A DNA stretch of 64,000 nt, taken from a virus. This document shows, one piece after another, positions 47,014 through 57,449 of this stretch. The stretch covers positions 96,001 to 160,000 of IMG/VR virus record IMGVR_UViG_3300042197_004918. The stretch is one strand, 5' to 3'. Below the pieces are notes generated by a model, which was not told the origin of the DNA, did no database searches, and saw nothing but the letters and a program-made list of their open reading frames with translations. The stretch's first letter is position 1. Each line of letters opens with the position of its first letter. A program made the position numbers and the translations under genes.

Positions 47014-47970
47014 ATGACTAAACATTGGAATCAAACTAAAATAATCAATTCTTCCGACGAGAACGTGAGGAAGTATGTATTTACAAACGTCAATGCTGTG
47101 GCCGAGGCGGTTCTATACAAATACCCCACGTATGTAGAGAGAACGGTAATCTGCTGTTCCACTCAATCTGGATGTCCCGTTGGATGTAGGTTCTGTGGTG
47201 CAGGAGATAATTTTGTCAGGTCGTTAACGACAGACGAGATTGTGAGTCAGCCGGAACAACTGTTGAGGGATACCGGTGTGGACGTATCTTCGATTGACCG
47301 TCTTCAAATCATGTTTATGAGCATGGGAGAACCTATGTTAAATTGGAAGAATTTGAAGCCCGCATTGTATGAGTTGTATAAGAAGTTTCCAAAAGCACGA
47401 CTTCTTATCAGCACATCCGCTCCGAGGGTTTTTGAAAACTTCGAGGATCTCTGTAAAGTTTCAATTGACATCCCTACGATTGGTTTACAGTTTTCGGTTC
47501 ACGAAAGCACGGACGCGGCTCGTAAAAAGCTCATCCCAAGCGCCACTCAGACATTGGATGAAATTGCCATGAGCGGAGAAGATTGGTCTATTGCCACTCA
47601 ACGCCGTCCGTTTTTCAATTATTGTGTTCACCCCAACAATAATACTCAGGAAGACGTGAATCGTTTGACGAAACTTTTCCTTCCTAGTATCTGGGAAGCA
47701 ACTCTCTCTGTAATTTGCGAACGAGACGAACACGTAGCGGCGGCTAATGAACGTCAGAGGAAACTTGCTCAGGACTTCTCCGAGAAGATGTTAAAATCGG
47801 GTTACAATGTCAGAGTATTCAATCCTGCCGGGCAGGATGATATTGGAGGAGGTTGTGGACAATTATGGTTTGTCCAAGACTGGATGAAAAAACATCCGGA
47901 ATTGACCAAACATACGGCTGGTTACGGTCTTGATAAGGTCCACACACCGAAATCAGTTGACTTTGTATAA
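47014..47970 (+). CDS. RlmN/Cfr-like radical SAM RNA methyltransferase
   Basis: STQSGCPVGCRFC, MSMGEP, GGCGQL. Confidence 0.82.
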   Translation: MTKHWNQTKIINSSDENVRKYVFTNVNAVAEAVLYKYPTYVERTVICCSTQSGCPVGCRFCGAGDNFVRSLTTDEIVSQPEQLLRDTGVDVSSIDRLQIMFMSMGEPMLNWKNLKPALYELYKKFPKARLLISTSAPRVFENFEDLCKVSIDIPTIGLQFSVHESTDAARKKLIPSATQTLDEIAMSGEDWSIATQRRPFFNYCVHPNNNTQEDVNRLTKLFLPSIWEATLSVICERDEHVAAANERQRKLAQDFSEKMLKSGYNVRVFNPAGQDDIGGGCGQLWFVQDWMKKHPELTKHTAGYGLDKVHTPKSVDFV

Positions 47971-47990
47971 AACCGATATACACTGATAGT

Positions 47991-48251
47991 ATGTTACACT
48001 TTCACGGCCAATTCAAAGAATCCAGATTCGCGTGGGAACTCTGTATGTTCCATAAACTACGAGAATTTTCAGATGGATTGACTCTGGTGGATTTCGACGT
48101 TAATTACGATAAATACGTCGGCGACCACACGCCGAAATTTGAGGTTCTTCTCGTGTTGTTCAACTATGTGATTGTCGATTTCTCAATCTATAACATTTAT
48201 CATGCAGACCATGAGGCCTATCAGAGCAATCATCGACCGGGCGGTTTTTAA
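47991..48251 (+). CDS. hypothetical protein
   Basis: Leaderless ORF behind a sigma70 promoter. Confidence 0.6.
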   Translation: MLHFHGQFKESRFAWELCMFHKLREFSDGLTLVDFDVNYDKYVGDHTPKFEVLLVLFNYVIVDFSIYNIYHADHEAYQSNHRPGGF

Positions 48252-48576
48252 TTCCGTCTCAGACGCAGTTAATGAATATGAGGCCGACGAAGACGATATA
48301 TGGTTCACCTTTATGTCCATTGATGACATTTATGACGACGCTTTGTTGATTCCACACTTTTACGTGAAGGACTTAAATTCCTAAGTAACACTTATTATGG
48401 CTGTCAGAACAATAATTGATGAAGTAGTTTTTTCTCCCGTCGCAAATGCAGTCAATGAATATGAGGGATGTGAGCATGAGGTGTGGTTCACATTTTTGTT
48501 AAACGACGAAGCGGATGAGAATTTTACAGATTTGCTGAATCTGATTCAACACATTTATGCAAATTCCAACGGCTGA
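48211..48576 (+). repeat. two tandem paralogous small acidic ORFs (48211-48384, 48397-48576)
   Basis: IRAIIDRAVFNSVSDAVNEYE..IWFTF vs VRTIIDEVVFSPVANAVNEYE..VWFTF. Confidence 0.65.
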
Positions 48577-48723
48577 ACGAGCGGTCGAAAGAATGGTTTT
48601 AGACAACTATTCTTTAGACGATTACGATTTTATCGCAGATGAAAGAGATGACTTGAAAAGAATCGTCTCCGATGGTAGTCTTGAAGCAGTGATATTGACA
48701 GCGGTGAGTGACTTTTTATACAC

Positions 48724-49692
48724 ATGAACACATTAAAAATATTCAGTGGAACCTCTAATCTACCCTTGGCTAAATCTATTGCTGAGAACTTGTCTTTGAA
48801 GTTAGGAGACATTTATCATCACAATTTTCCAAGTGGAGAGAGTTATTGTCAATTCAAAGAAAGCATTCGTGGAAACGATGTATTTCTGATTCAGGGCATA
48901 ACCAATCCGGCGAACGAGAGTCTGATGCAATTGCTTGTCATGGCAGATGCGGCTAGACGTTCAAGTGCTTCACGTATCACCGCAGTTGTTCCTTATTTTG
49001 GGTATGCTAGACAAGACCGTAAGGACAAAAATCGTGTTCCTATCAGTGCGAAGTTAGTGTTGGATTTAATCGAGGCTGCCGGTATTAACCGAGTGTTGAC
49101 TATGGACCTCCACAGTCCTCAAATCTGTGGCTTCACAAATCTGCCGTTTGACCATCTGACGTTTGAACCGGTCCTTTCCAATCACATCAAATTGTGTTTT
49201 CCTAACAGAACAAATCTCGTCATTATGGCTCCCGACGTTGGGGCGGTGAAACGGGCTGAAAAATACGCAGAAACTCTTGGGTGTGAATTCGGATTCATAA
49301 GTAAAAAACGTCTCGGTGATGAATCGGTTGAATTTCAGAGTATTGTCGGCAACGTGTCTGGAAAATCTGTGGTTATCATTGATGATATGACGGAAAGCGC
49401 CGGCACTCTGATTCAAGCCGCTCAAGCGTGTAGGGCAAACGGAGCAGTTGAGATAATTTGCGCCGTGTCACATGGCTGTTTCACGGATGTTGGTCGGCAA
49501 AGACTGTGTGAGGCTATGCCGCCGGCTGGGCCAGGATTAATTGACGGGTTTATCCACAGCGACTCCGCTGACGTTGTGTGGAAGGAAAAATGCAAGCCAT
49601 TGGAAATTCAATCTTTAAGCGTTGACAAGTTATTCGCTTCGGCTATCAACAACATCCATAACAATGAAAGCGTAAGTGAGTTATTCGTATGA
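48724..49692 (+). CDS. prs: ribose-phosphate pyrophosphokinase
   Basis: PYFGYARQDRK, MDLH, APDVG, IIDDMTESAGT, SVSELF. Confidence 0.93.
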   Translation: MNTLKIFSGTSNLPLAKSIAENLSLKLGDIYHHNFPSGESYCQFKESIRGNDVFLIQGITNPANESLMQLLVMADAARRSSASRITAVVPYFGYARQDRKDKNRVPISAKLVLDLIEAAGINRVLTMDLHSPQICGFTNLPFDHLTFEPVLSNHIKLCFPNRTNLVIMAPDVGAVKRAEKYAETLGCEFGFISKKRLGDESVEFQSIVGNVSGKSVVIIDDMTESAGTLIQAAQACRANGAVEIICAVSHGCFTDVGRQRLCEAMPPAGPGLIDGFIHSDSADVVWKEKCKPLEIQSLSVDKLFASAINNIHNNESVSELFV

Positions 49693-49906
49693 AATACGTA
49701 TTTTTATACCGTATTGCCAGGAAAACCCGCGACATATATGGGACGGTTTCTGTTTTTAAGGAAATTGTGGACGGCGACGACATTTTTAGTCGAATGCAAG
49801 AAGTGATTGACGAACACAACAAAAACACCTTCAATGGGACGTTCGGAGGACTTCCAAAAAAAGCACAATTCTTTCCTATTAAAAGATACGAACCATCATA
49901 CTGTAT

Positions 49907-50536
49907 ATGATAGAATACCCCTCCATAATCAATTCAAGTAAAGCTCCCCGAGAACACTGCGTCGCATTCGACAAGTTGGACGGTTCCAACATCCGTGCCA
50001 AGTGGACGCAGAAGCATGGCTTTTCTTTATTTGGAACCAGAACACAGCTCATAGACGAAAAGACGGCTTTTTGGGGAGAAGCGGTTACGTTGTTTAAGAG
50101 TCATCAATCCGAACCTCTGGATAAAATCTTTCGTTCCGACAAAGCATATCGTAACGAACGTGAAATCATTGTCTTTGGAGAGTTTGTCGGGGAAAACTCT
50201 TTTGCTGGACACCATGAAACAGAACCTCATAAGGTGGTGGTTTTTGATATATTGGTTGGACATAAAAATCAATCATTTGTCAAACCCCGTCAATTTTTAG
50301 ATTTTGGTTCAATTGTTGAGATTCCAAAGGTCATCTATGAGGGAAACCTCAACGAAGACTTGATTGCATCGGTTAGACGCAACGATTTCGGTCTTAAAGA
50401 GGGGGTAATTTGCAAAGGTTCCACCACGCGAGGTGCATATCGTGGAAAAATTTGGATGTGCAAGATTAAGACACAAGAATACCTTGACAAGTTAAAAGGC
50501 CGTTTTGGAAAAGATTGGGAAAAATACGGCGAATAG
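49907..50536 (+). CDS. RNA ligase (adenylyltransferase domain)
   Basis: KLDGSN, FGEF, FDI, EGVI, KIK. Confidence 0.82.
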   Translation: MIEYPSIINSSKAPREHCVAFDKLDGSNIRAKWTQKHGFSLFGTRTQLIDEKTAFWGEAVTLFKSHQSEPLDKIFRSDKAYRNEREIIVFGEFVGENSFAGHHETEPHKVVVFDILVGHKNQSFVKPRQFLDFGSIVEIPKVIYEGNLNEDLIASVRRNDFGLKEGVICKGSTTRGAYRGKIWMCKIKTQEYLDKLKGRFGKDWEKYGE

Positions 50537-50542
50537 ATATTT

Positions 50543-50806
50543 ATGATAAGAATGAGATACCTTCTCTATCTTACGGTGGCCGTCCACTTCATCGCCGTGG
50601 TGGGAAACCTCGCTTCAGTTGTTTATTTACTAATCTACAGCCCGTGGTATATATGCTTTCCAGCAATAACCTTCATAGTTGACCTCGGAGTTAATAATTG
50701 GAAGTGTCCACTGACCATGTTGGAAAATTCAATTCGTATAAAACTCGGTATGCCCGTCATACGTGGGTTTATTGGACATTACTTCTTACCTAAAAAAGAC
50801 GGTTGA
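50543..50806 (+). CDS. DUF2784-like membrane protein
   Basis: Two TM helices, CPLTMLEN..GFIGHY. Confidence 0.65.
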   Translation: MIRMRYLLYLTVAVHFIAVVGNLASVVYLLIYSPWYICFPAITFIVDLGVNNWKCPLTMLENSIRIKLGMPVIRGFIGHYFLPKKDG

Positions 50807-51020
50807 CATTGTTATACTATGTGTTAGACTATTAAGGTGAGTTTGAAACGTTACGATGTAAAGTCTCTTTACAGAGACAAGAACCTTAGACGATACCTTT
50901 TATGCGAAGGGACTCGTGTGTGTATGTTGAGAGAAGACATCGTAGTTTCGATTGAAGTAATTTATCAAATGTATGATAGATTTCAATCAAAAGGATTAAA
51001 ACTCCCAGACGGATATTGTT

Positions 51021-51317
51021 ATGAACATTGAATTTCTTAAAGACAGCGTTGAACTCGCCACGTTCGTAGAATCGTGTAGAAAGATTGACGACGTGAATCA
51101 CGAAAACGAAGAAGACAGACATTTCTTCGACAGAATCTACCAGGCTCCCGACGGAAAGACTTATTCCGTTGAATGTGTTCTTAGAAAAGGAATTAAGACA
51201 AAATCGGAGTTTCGTTCCCACCGAAGAGATTTCAAACACACCGAACCATATATCGTGTTATTCCATGAGGTTGTGCCAGTTGAAGTAACAGAAACCGTTT
51301 GGGAATGTGTAGATTGA
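51021..51317 (+). CDS. hypothetical protein
   Basis: ORF. Confidence 0.6.
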   Translation: MNIEFLKDSVELATFVESCRKIDDVNHENEEDRHFFDRIYQAPDGKTYSVECVLRKGIKTKSEFRSHRRDFKHTEPYIVLFHEVVPVEVTETVWECVD

Positions 51318-51519
51318 TGAAAAATTACAAACAGACATTGCCAGTGAAGATTTGTGAGGATGATAGAACTCCTCTATGTCAGCATTTGGATGAAATCACC
51401 GGGGAGTCCTGTGACAAACTTTCGGTTGTGGAGAATTTTATCTCAGAAGGAGAAGAAACCAACCGAATTCACATAATTTTCCTTTGTAATAAACACGCAG
51501 ACCTTAGACACAAAAACTT

Positions 51520-51975
51520 ATGAAAACAGACTTAGCTTTATACATCTTGATGAGAAACGACTTGGCCAGCATGAATGCAGGCCGTTGTATGGCACAGGCC
51601 TCTCATGCTTCAAACGCATTTATTCACAGATTCGGAAAAAACTCCACCGTGAAGGAGTGGCAGAAACAGACCAATCAGGGATTCGGCACCGCGATTGTTT
51701 TGTCGGCTGACGAATTTCAGATTCGGTTGACCAACCAAAAACTTTTCGAGGCTGGTTTCGCGATTCGAGACTATTTGATTGACCCCGAATACTCTTACAT
51801 TGTTCAAGATGAATTCATTGAACTTATTGCTGAAGATAAACACGTTCTGGAACCAGTCCGCAAGGATGATGGAACGTGGATTGCATGGAGAAAAGAGATG
51901 ACCTGTTTCTACGCATTTGGTGACAGAAACAATCCCGTGTTCAAGGAACAATTCTCTGGATTAAAACTCTTTTAG
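51520..51975 (+). CDS. peptidyl-tRNA hydrolase Pth2-like
   Basis: YILMRNDL.MNAGR.MAQASHA, W..Q, T.F..FG, LKLF. Confidence 0.78.
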   Translation: MKTDLALYILMRNDLASMNAGRCMAQASHASNAFIHRFGKNSTVKEWQKQTNQGFGTAIVLSADEFQIRLTNQKLFEAGFAIRDYLIDPEYSYIVQDEFIELIAEDKHVLEPVRKDDGTWIAWRKEMTCFYAFGDRNNPVFKEQFSGLKLF

Positions 51976-51979
51976 AACC

Positions 51980-52669
51980 ATGCACCCTCAAAGAATATTT
52001 TTGATAAGACATGGTGAAAGCGTCGGCAACGCCAATAAGGAGATTTACAAGACCGTTCCTGATTACGCGGTGAGATTGACCGACCGAGGTATAAACCAAG
52101 CCACCGTCGTAGGAAAAAAACTCTCAGAGATGTTATCGGATCCGTGTGCGGTTTATTACAGCCCGTTTCTTAGAACCATCGAAACCACCAATCACATTCT
52201 GGGGGAATTGAAGAAATCCTCTCTGGTAGATAAGGAATTTGTTCGAGAAGATGCACGACTAAGAGAACAAGAATGGCACTCGGTTCTTCCTCTATCTGAA
52301 CATAAAATTCAATACGAGAAAGACAGGATTTCTTTCGGAGTGTTTCATTATCGGTTCCCGAATGGAGAGAGTCCTGCCGACGTTTATGACCGTGCCGGGT
52401 CTTTTGTAGAAAATATGTATAGGGATTTTGAGGATCCATATTTCCCACAAAATGTGTTGGTTGTCACACATGGTATGACCATGCGGATACTGTTAATGAA
52501 ACTGTTCAATAAAACCGTTGAAGAGGTGGATTCTTGGGTAAACCCACCTAACTGCACAGTGTGGGGAATAGACTACGACGAACAGACAGAACGGTTAAAT
52601 TTTGACTTTTCGACAATCAGACGTCGTGAAATAAAACATAGCTACAGACTAAAATTAATTGATTTATGA
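51980..52669 (+). CDS. histidine phosphatase (phosphoglycerate mutase family)
   Basis: LIRHGES, SPFLR, LRE, GES, VTHG. Confidence 0.9.
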   Translation: MHPQRIFLIRHGESVGNANKEIYKTVPDYAVRLTDRGINQATVVGKKLSEMLSDPCAVYYSPFLRTIETTNHILGELKKSSLVDKEFVREDARLREQEWHSVLPLSEHKIQYEKDRISFGVFHYRFPNGESPADVYDRAGSFVENMYRDFEDPYFPQNVLVVTHGMTMRILLMKLFNKTVEEVDSWVNPPNCTVWGIDYDEQTERLNFDFSTIRRREIKHSYRLKLIDL

Positions 52670-53082
52670 AAAACTGGACACAGATGATTTATGACCTACG
52701 GGTTCAAAAAGAGATCCGAGGGTGGGAAAAGCTCTATTGGGCGATTGACCTTCACGATACGGTCATAACCGGAAAATATAACAAGTTTAACCACGGAGCC
52801 ACCTTATTTCCTGGTGCAAAGAAAACCTTGGATTATCTCTACAATAGGAAAGACCATGCGACGATTCTATGGACGTCCAGTTATAGTGAAGCTGCAAACG
52901 ATGCGCTTTCTCTGTTCAACCTGAAGTTCAATTATTTCAACGAAAATCCAGAGTGTCCGAACTCGGATTTGTGTGATTTCAACCGGAAATTCTACTTCAA
53001 TTTCCTATTGGATGACAAAGCTGGTTTCGACCCACACTCAGATTGGGAAGAGATATACACAGCACTTCTAAAAAATCCTTGA
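52666..53082 (+). CDS. HAD-superfamily protein
   Basis: IDLHDT, LWTS, NENPE, LDDKAG. Confidence 0.75.
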   Translation: MKNWTQMIYDLRVQKEIRGWEKLYWAIDLHDTVITGKYNKFNHGATLFPGAKKTLDYLYNRKDHATILWTSSYSEAANDALSLFNLKFNYFNENPECPNSDLCDFNRKFYFNFLLDDKAGFDPHSDWEEIYTALLKNP

Positions 53083-53100
53083 TTTACCCCAAGTGTGGTC

Positions 53101-53107
53101 TATTTAT
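53101..53107 (+). promoter_or_regulatory. TATTTAT late-promoter-like motif (representative copy)
   Basis: Recurs 4-15 nt before the start codons of 22212, 23655, 27128, 34867, 37764, 40642 and the three antisense nucleases. Confidence 0.6.
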
Positions 53108-53115
53108 ATGGATAG

Positions 53116-54351
53116 ATGACTACACTAGAAGAAATCCTATTAAGCGAGGGCATTACCTACAAGCCCGGTGACATAATTGTGGGTATGACTAAACGTGACA
53201 CTTTCAAATCCGTTCACTCGGATGCCGTCGAAGGGCATCAACAATTAGTAGATAAACACAGGACTTTTAATACCCGCGATCTCGCTTGGAGATACAATAA
53301 AATAACCAAAGAGTTGTTTTTCTGGGACGCTAACGTGATGTTGAATCTTAAAGAAGCCGTCAAACAATACATTAACGACTTAGGATTCCAAATCTCCGGA
53401 GTCAAAAACATTTATAGTTACGATAGGGATTCTTACGAATTTAAGAAGGCGGGTTATCACTCTCATGGAGGAAGTCATTCGTTTTATGACCCGGATGCCG
53501 AGGCTATCGCTGAGGCACCAATGGATACGTTTCAGACCATTGGAGACTTTGAAAAAGGCGCATCTTTCCGAGATAGACGTGACAGAGACATCATCAAACA
53601 TCCCGTTACACTCACCAAGGTCAAGGATTTCTTCAAAAACACGTCCGTCGATTTCGATTTCTATTTCGTTAACCTGCCCGGTCGCAGACAGTTTGCTGAA
53701 AAGGGTTTGGTAAAACAAGAATTTTTATTTGAACCATATCCGAAGGGATTGGGTATAACTCCGGAACAGTTGAGGAATGGTTCAATTAACGATAATAACA
53801 TAACAGTGTTCTTCGTCGGCAACAGTGCTGGTGAAAAGGTTCCAATGACCGCGTGGACGATGGCTCACCGGTTCGGTCACGCAATAAGACGTGAATACGC
53901 ATTCGTTCAGCTGACTAACTGGTTGGAAGGACAATTCGAGGAAGTTCTCAGAGAGTATAATCTCGATAAAGGGAAAACGTCCGGTGGTTATGATTACCGA
54001 AACTATGATAGAGACGGAGGCCCTTCACGTTTACCAGATATTCATAGACTCGTCAAAGCCAGTCTCTTCAACCAAATCGGAACAATGAGAAGTGCCCGTG
54101 AAGGAAAAATATCCCGATATTTCGAGTTTTACTACGAACTGTTTGCACAGTATCTCAAGGACGGTAAAATCACTCTTAATAGACTCAAACCTCACATACG
54201 AAAGAAGTATGGTGCGTATGGGAGAGAAGAAATGGCTTACACTAAGCACGTTGAACACGTAAACGAAAGAATACATAGTATAGAACGAGATTTCGGTTAC
54301 TATGCAGAAGATGCGTTGGGAGAGCTTGTGGGCAAAGTGTTCATAATGTAA
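53116..54351 (+). CDS. putative capsid-targeted two-domain polyprotein
   Basis: ILLSE leader, internal AIAE site; first domain paralogous to domain 2 of 55475. Confidence 0.65.
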   Translation: MTTLEEILLSEGITYKPGDIIVGMTKRDTFKSVHSDAVEGHQQLVDKHRTFNTRDLAWRYNKITKELFFWDANVMLNLKEAVKQYINDLGFQISGVKNIYSYDRDSYEFKKAGYHSHGGSHSFYDPDAEAIAEAPMDTFQTIGDFEKGASFRDRRDRDIIKHPVTLTKVKDFFKNTSVDFDFYFVNLPGRRQFAEKGLVKQEFLFEPYPKGLGITPEQLRNGSINDNNITVFFVGNSAGEKVPMTAWTMAHRFGHAIRREYAFVQLTNWLEGQFEEVLREYNLDKGKTSGGYDYRNYDRDGGPSRLPDIHRLVKASLFNQIGTMRSAREGKISRYFEFYYELFAQYLKDGKITLNRLKPHIRKKYGAYGREEMAYTKHVEHVNERIHSIERDFGYYAEDALGELVGKVFIM

Positions 54352-55478
54352 TGAAGAGTTTCAAACAAATTATTTTTGAGAATATGCCTGTGGCGAAGAT
54401 AAAACATCTTTACGGAGCAGTTCCGCTGGATAAATTGATTTCAAAGAAAGCGAAGGAGTTGGTTAATGAGTCAATCCATCCTGCTGATAGATGGGTTGGA
54501 GTGGTGGACCATAACGGTTCGGTTATACTCCCGCCCAATCAAGATGGAGATAGGCAACACTATCATTACGGACTCGAAGGACATTTATATAGATTTTCAT
54601 ACTGGCCACATAAAAAGGAAGTGAGTTGGTGGAATTTTCCATCCGATGAGGAAGAACTTGCTGTGAAGGTAGAGGATTATCTGATAAGAAAAGGATACCC
54701 GGTTGACAGACACGTTGACTATACTGGAAGAAAAATACGAGACACGTTGAATGAATCAATGTTTCCCAAAGACTTCGATAGACACTCTCTCGGAAGTTGT
54801 ATGGCCGCTGCTGCCATGGCTACTGACTATCTGTTATCAAAAGGCCGTTCCGATTTCAAAGTAGTTGAGGGTTGGGTTTCTTTGGATCCTAATCAAGAGG
54901 AAGAGGATTTCTCCCCTCACACATGGATACAATTCAATAACGGCAAAATCTTTGACCCAACGAAGAAACAATGGGCCGCGTGGGGATTTGACCCAAATGA
55001 AGTCCGGTTTGAAAGTATCAAAAAGACCTACACACCAGAAGAATACCAATCGGTTTGCCAACGTCAGCCCGATGATGTCTCCGAGTTTAAGAAAATGGCT
55101 GAAGCGACTATGATTAACGATGAGATTCCTGAGAAGGTGTATCATGCCACCTATCGTGCTCTGCTCGACGAAATACTTGATGGAGGTATAGTTCCTGGAG
55201 GTAAAGACATCCAGAATTTCGATTGGTCAGGGAAGTATGTATATCTCGCTGAGACTCCTGAGAATGCAATATCGTTCGTTGAAAATGCCGAGAATGAGAG
55301 TATTCCGGAAGAATGGTTGGATGATATTGTCGTATTGGAAGTGGATATGTCTAAACTAGATTTGACGAATATGGCTCCGGATGAAAACTGGAATCCATCC
55401 ATTGAAGACGGCGAAGAGGGATACCGTTCTTTTCAATATAATGGCATTGTGCCACCGGAGGCTATAAGGGTGTTATGA
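54351..55478 (+). CDS. putative capsid-targeted polyprotein: unknown domain + transglutaminase-like + ADP-ribosyltransferase-like
   Basis: MKSFKQIIFE leader; GSC..HTW..FDPT triad; VYHAT..GI..YVYLA. Confidence 0.65.
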   Translation: MKSFKQIIFENMPVAKIKHLYGAVPLDKLISKKAKELVNESIHPADRWVGVVDHNGSVILPPNQDGDRQHYHYGLEGHLYRFSYWPHKKEVSWWNFPSDEEELAVKVEDYLIRKGYPVDRHVDYTGRKIRDTLNESMFPKDFDRHSLGSCMAAAAMATDYLLSKGRSDFKVVEGWVSLDPNQEEEDFSPHTWIQFNNGKIFDPTKKQWAAWGFDPNEVRFESIKKTYTPEEYQSVCQRQPDDVSEFKKMAEATMINDEIPEKVYHATYRALLDEILDGGIVPGGKDIQNFDWSGKYVYLAETPENAISFVENAENESIPEEWLDDIVVLEVDMSKLDLTNMAPDENWNPSIEDGEEGYRSFQYNGIVPPEAIRVL

Positions 55479-57415
55479 TAAAACTCAAAGACATTGTATC
55501 TGAATTAGACTATCCGTTAGCAGGAAAGGAAGACCTTCAATCCTACGGTGGTATGGCCGGATGGAAAGGTAAGATTGTCTATATGTCTCCTGACAAATTT
55601 CTTAGACTTGCTGCTCCTCTCCCCGATTGGGCAATCAACAAGGAAGGTCTAAAGAAGATAGAAGATAGAATGAAAGGTCAACTTCCTCTGGACTTCTGTG
55701 TATTGGAAGTCAATATGAAGACGAGAACGGTGACTGGTCACGAGGGCCGTCATCGTTGTATGGCAGCAAAGAAATTGGGAATTGAAAAGGTTCCTGTGTT
55801 GATTTACACCGGAAGCAGTTTTGACCGCGTTCCGCAGTGGGACCAATCTACTCACGATGATGTAGATAAGGCTGAGTTTAAACCACAATTAAAGGAGTCT
55901 ACTGATGGAAACCTTATCGTTGGTTCAATATCTAAAGATGGGGAGAATAGAATCATATCTTCCGATAAAGTCAAAATGCATCTGGATTTATACAAGTTAC
56001 ATCCGGAATTTGATAGAAAGAATTGTGAAAGTTGGAGGTATAATAAAGAATTGAAATCGCTGTTTTTCTGGCACAAATTCGTTGAAACAAAGTATTCAGA
56101 ACCCGTGAAGGAATACTTGAAAGGTAAGGGGTTTGAAGTGAATAAAGTTACGTCAATAAACGCTTTACCTGATGCTGGTATGAGACCGGGATACGATAAA
56201 CAAAAGGCCTTATATCAATCTCATGGAGCTGTCAGCAAGTTTTATCGGGACCCAGATGGAGAACCAATCGCTGAGTCTGTAGATTCCACATTTAAGATGT
56301 ATCACGGAGGTTCTCGGTGGTCATATCTCCCAGACGAAATACAGCCTGGTAAAAAGAATCACTATGAAGCTGGTGTAGGCATCTATTTTACAAATTCATA
56401 CAACACGGCTAGAAGGTATGCTAAGGGCGGTAAGGTGGTTCACTTGGTTGAGATTGACAAACAATTTAAAGATATTGACGATGTAACTGTTCCGGTGGGT
56501 AAACTCACAGAGTTTGTTAAAAATGTCCCGCAACTGACATCGAAGAATGATATTATACGTGACATCAACGCATATGCAACTCGTGTTGGGAAAACCGAGA
56601 TTCCGTTATCCATATTAAACAACCTCGTGGTCAATTATCAGGCGGCAAGAGGAAAATCGGGAGTTTACATTGCCAAGTTCTTTTCAGAAAACGGTGCTGA
56701 TGGACACGTTCAAGAACAGAGTGGTGGTGAAATTTGGTTGGTGGTGTTTAATCCAAAGATTCTAAAGTCAGTGAAGGTTGTGAATCCAAAAGAAATCAAT
56801 TCCGACTCACAGTTTATGCTACCCGGCAGTTTAACGGAAGAACGTGATTTAGATTATGACGTCGCTGAGGATTTCATGCGGAGAAGAGATGAAGAATTGA
56901 TGTATCTATGTCGTGCTCTCAAAAACAGCGGCGGTAAGGGTAGAGTGACGTGGAAAACTATTCCGGCGACCCTACTGAAACGAGTCTGGCTTCAGTTTGG
57001 AAAATACAATAGGATAAATTCCAACGATTTAGATAAGATAGCTGACCAAATACTCACCAATATAGCCAGATTGAGAGCTTCCACTGAAATGATGGGCCAT
57101 GCTCAAATCGGTAAAGAAGATATTGAGGATGAAACCGGATATGAATTTACAGAGGAAGAGTGGGACGACTGGATGACTTCTTATTTTACAGATTTGAACG
57201 GAAGTTGGTTGTTGAGTGATTATGGATTGCCCAAACTTGAGTCAATCTACCCATTGATTTTTAATGCGAAGACGGATGAGGAAAAATTGTATGCGTGTGA
57301 TAAGGCGTTAAACGTGATTCACCAACGAAACGACTTGGCTTCGATGTTTGTCGAGGGTGGAAGCAAAACCTTGTTGGATGTGGCCCGCCAAGGTGGTTAC
57401 ACAAGTGATACTTGA
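55475..57415 (+). CDS. putative capsid-targeted polyprotein: ParB-like + unknown + ART-like + unknown
   Basis: MIKLKDIVSE leader; EGRHR..A..LG...VPV; MYHG..GVGIYFT..ARRYA. Confidence 0.65.
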   Translation: MIKLKDIVSELDYPLAGKEDLQSYGGMAGWKGKIVYMSPDKFLRLAAPLPDWAINKEGLKKIEDRMKGQLPLDFCVLEVNMKTRTVTGHEGRHRCMAAKKLGIEKVPVLIYTGSSFDRVPQWDQSTHDDVDKAEFKPQLKESTDGNLIVGSISKDGENRIISSDKVKMHLDLYKLHPEFDRKNCESWRYNKELKSLFFWHKFVETKYSEPVKEYLKGKGFEVNKVTSINALPDAGMRPGYDKQKALYQSHGAVSKFYRDPDGEPIAESVDSTFKMYHGGSRWSYLPDEIQPGKKNHYEAGVGIYFTNSYNTARRYAKGGKVVHLVEIDKQFKDIDDVTVPVGKLTEFVKNVPQLTSKNDIIRDINAYATRVGKTEIPLSILNNLVVNYQAARGKSGVYIAKFFSENGADGHVQEQSGGEIWLVVFNPKILKSVKVVNPKEINSDSQFMLPGSLTEERDLDYDVAEDFMRRRDEELMYLCRALKNSGGKGRVTWKTIPATLLKRVWLQFGKYNRINSNDLDKIADQILTNIARLRASTEMMGHAQIGKEDIEDETGYEFTEEEWDDWMTSYFTDLNGSWLLSDYGLPKLESIYPLIFNAKTDEEKLYACDKALNVIHQRNDLASMFVEGGSKTLLDVARQGGYTSDT

Positions 57416-57449
57416 CTTCTAGGAAATTTTTAGTAAACTCTTATAGATT

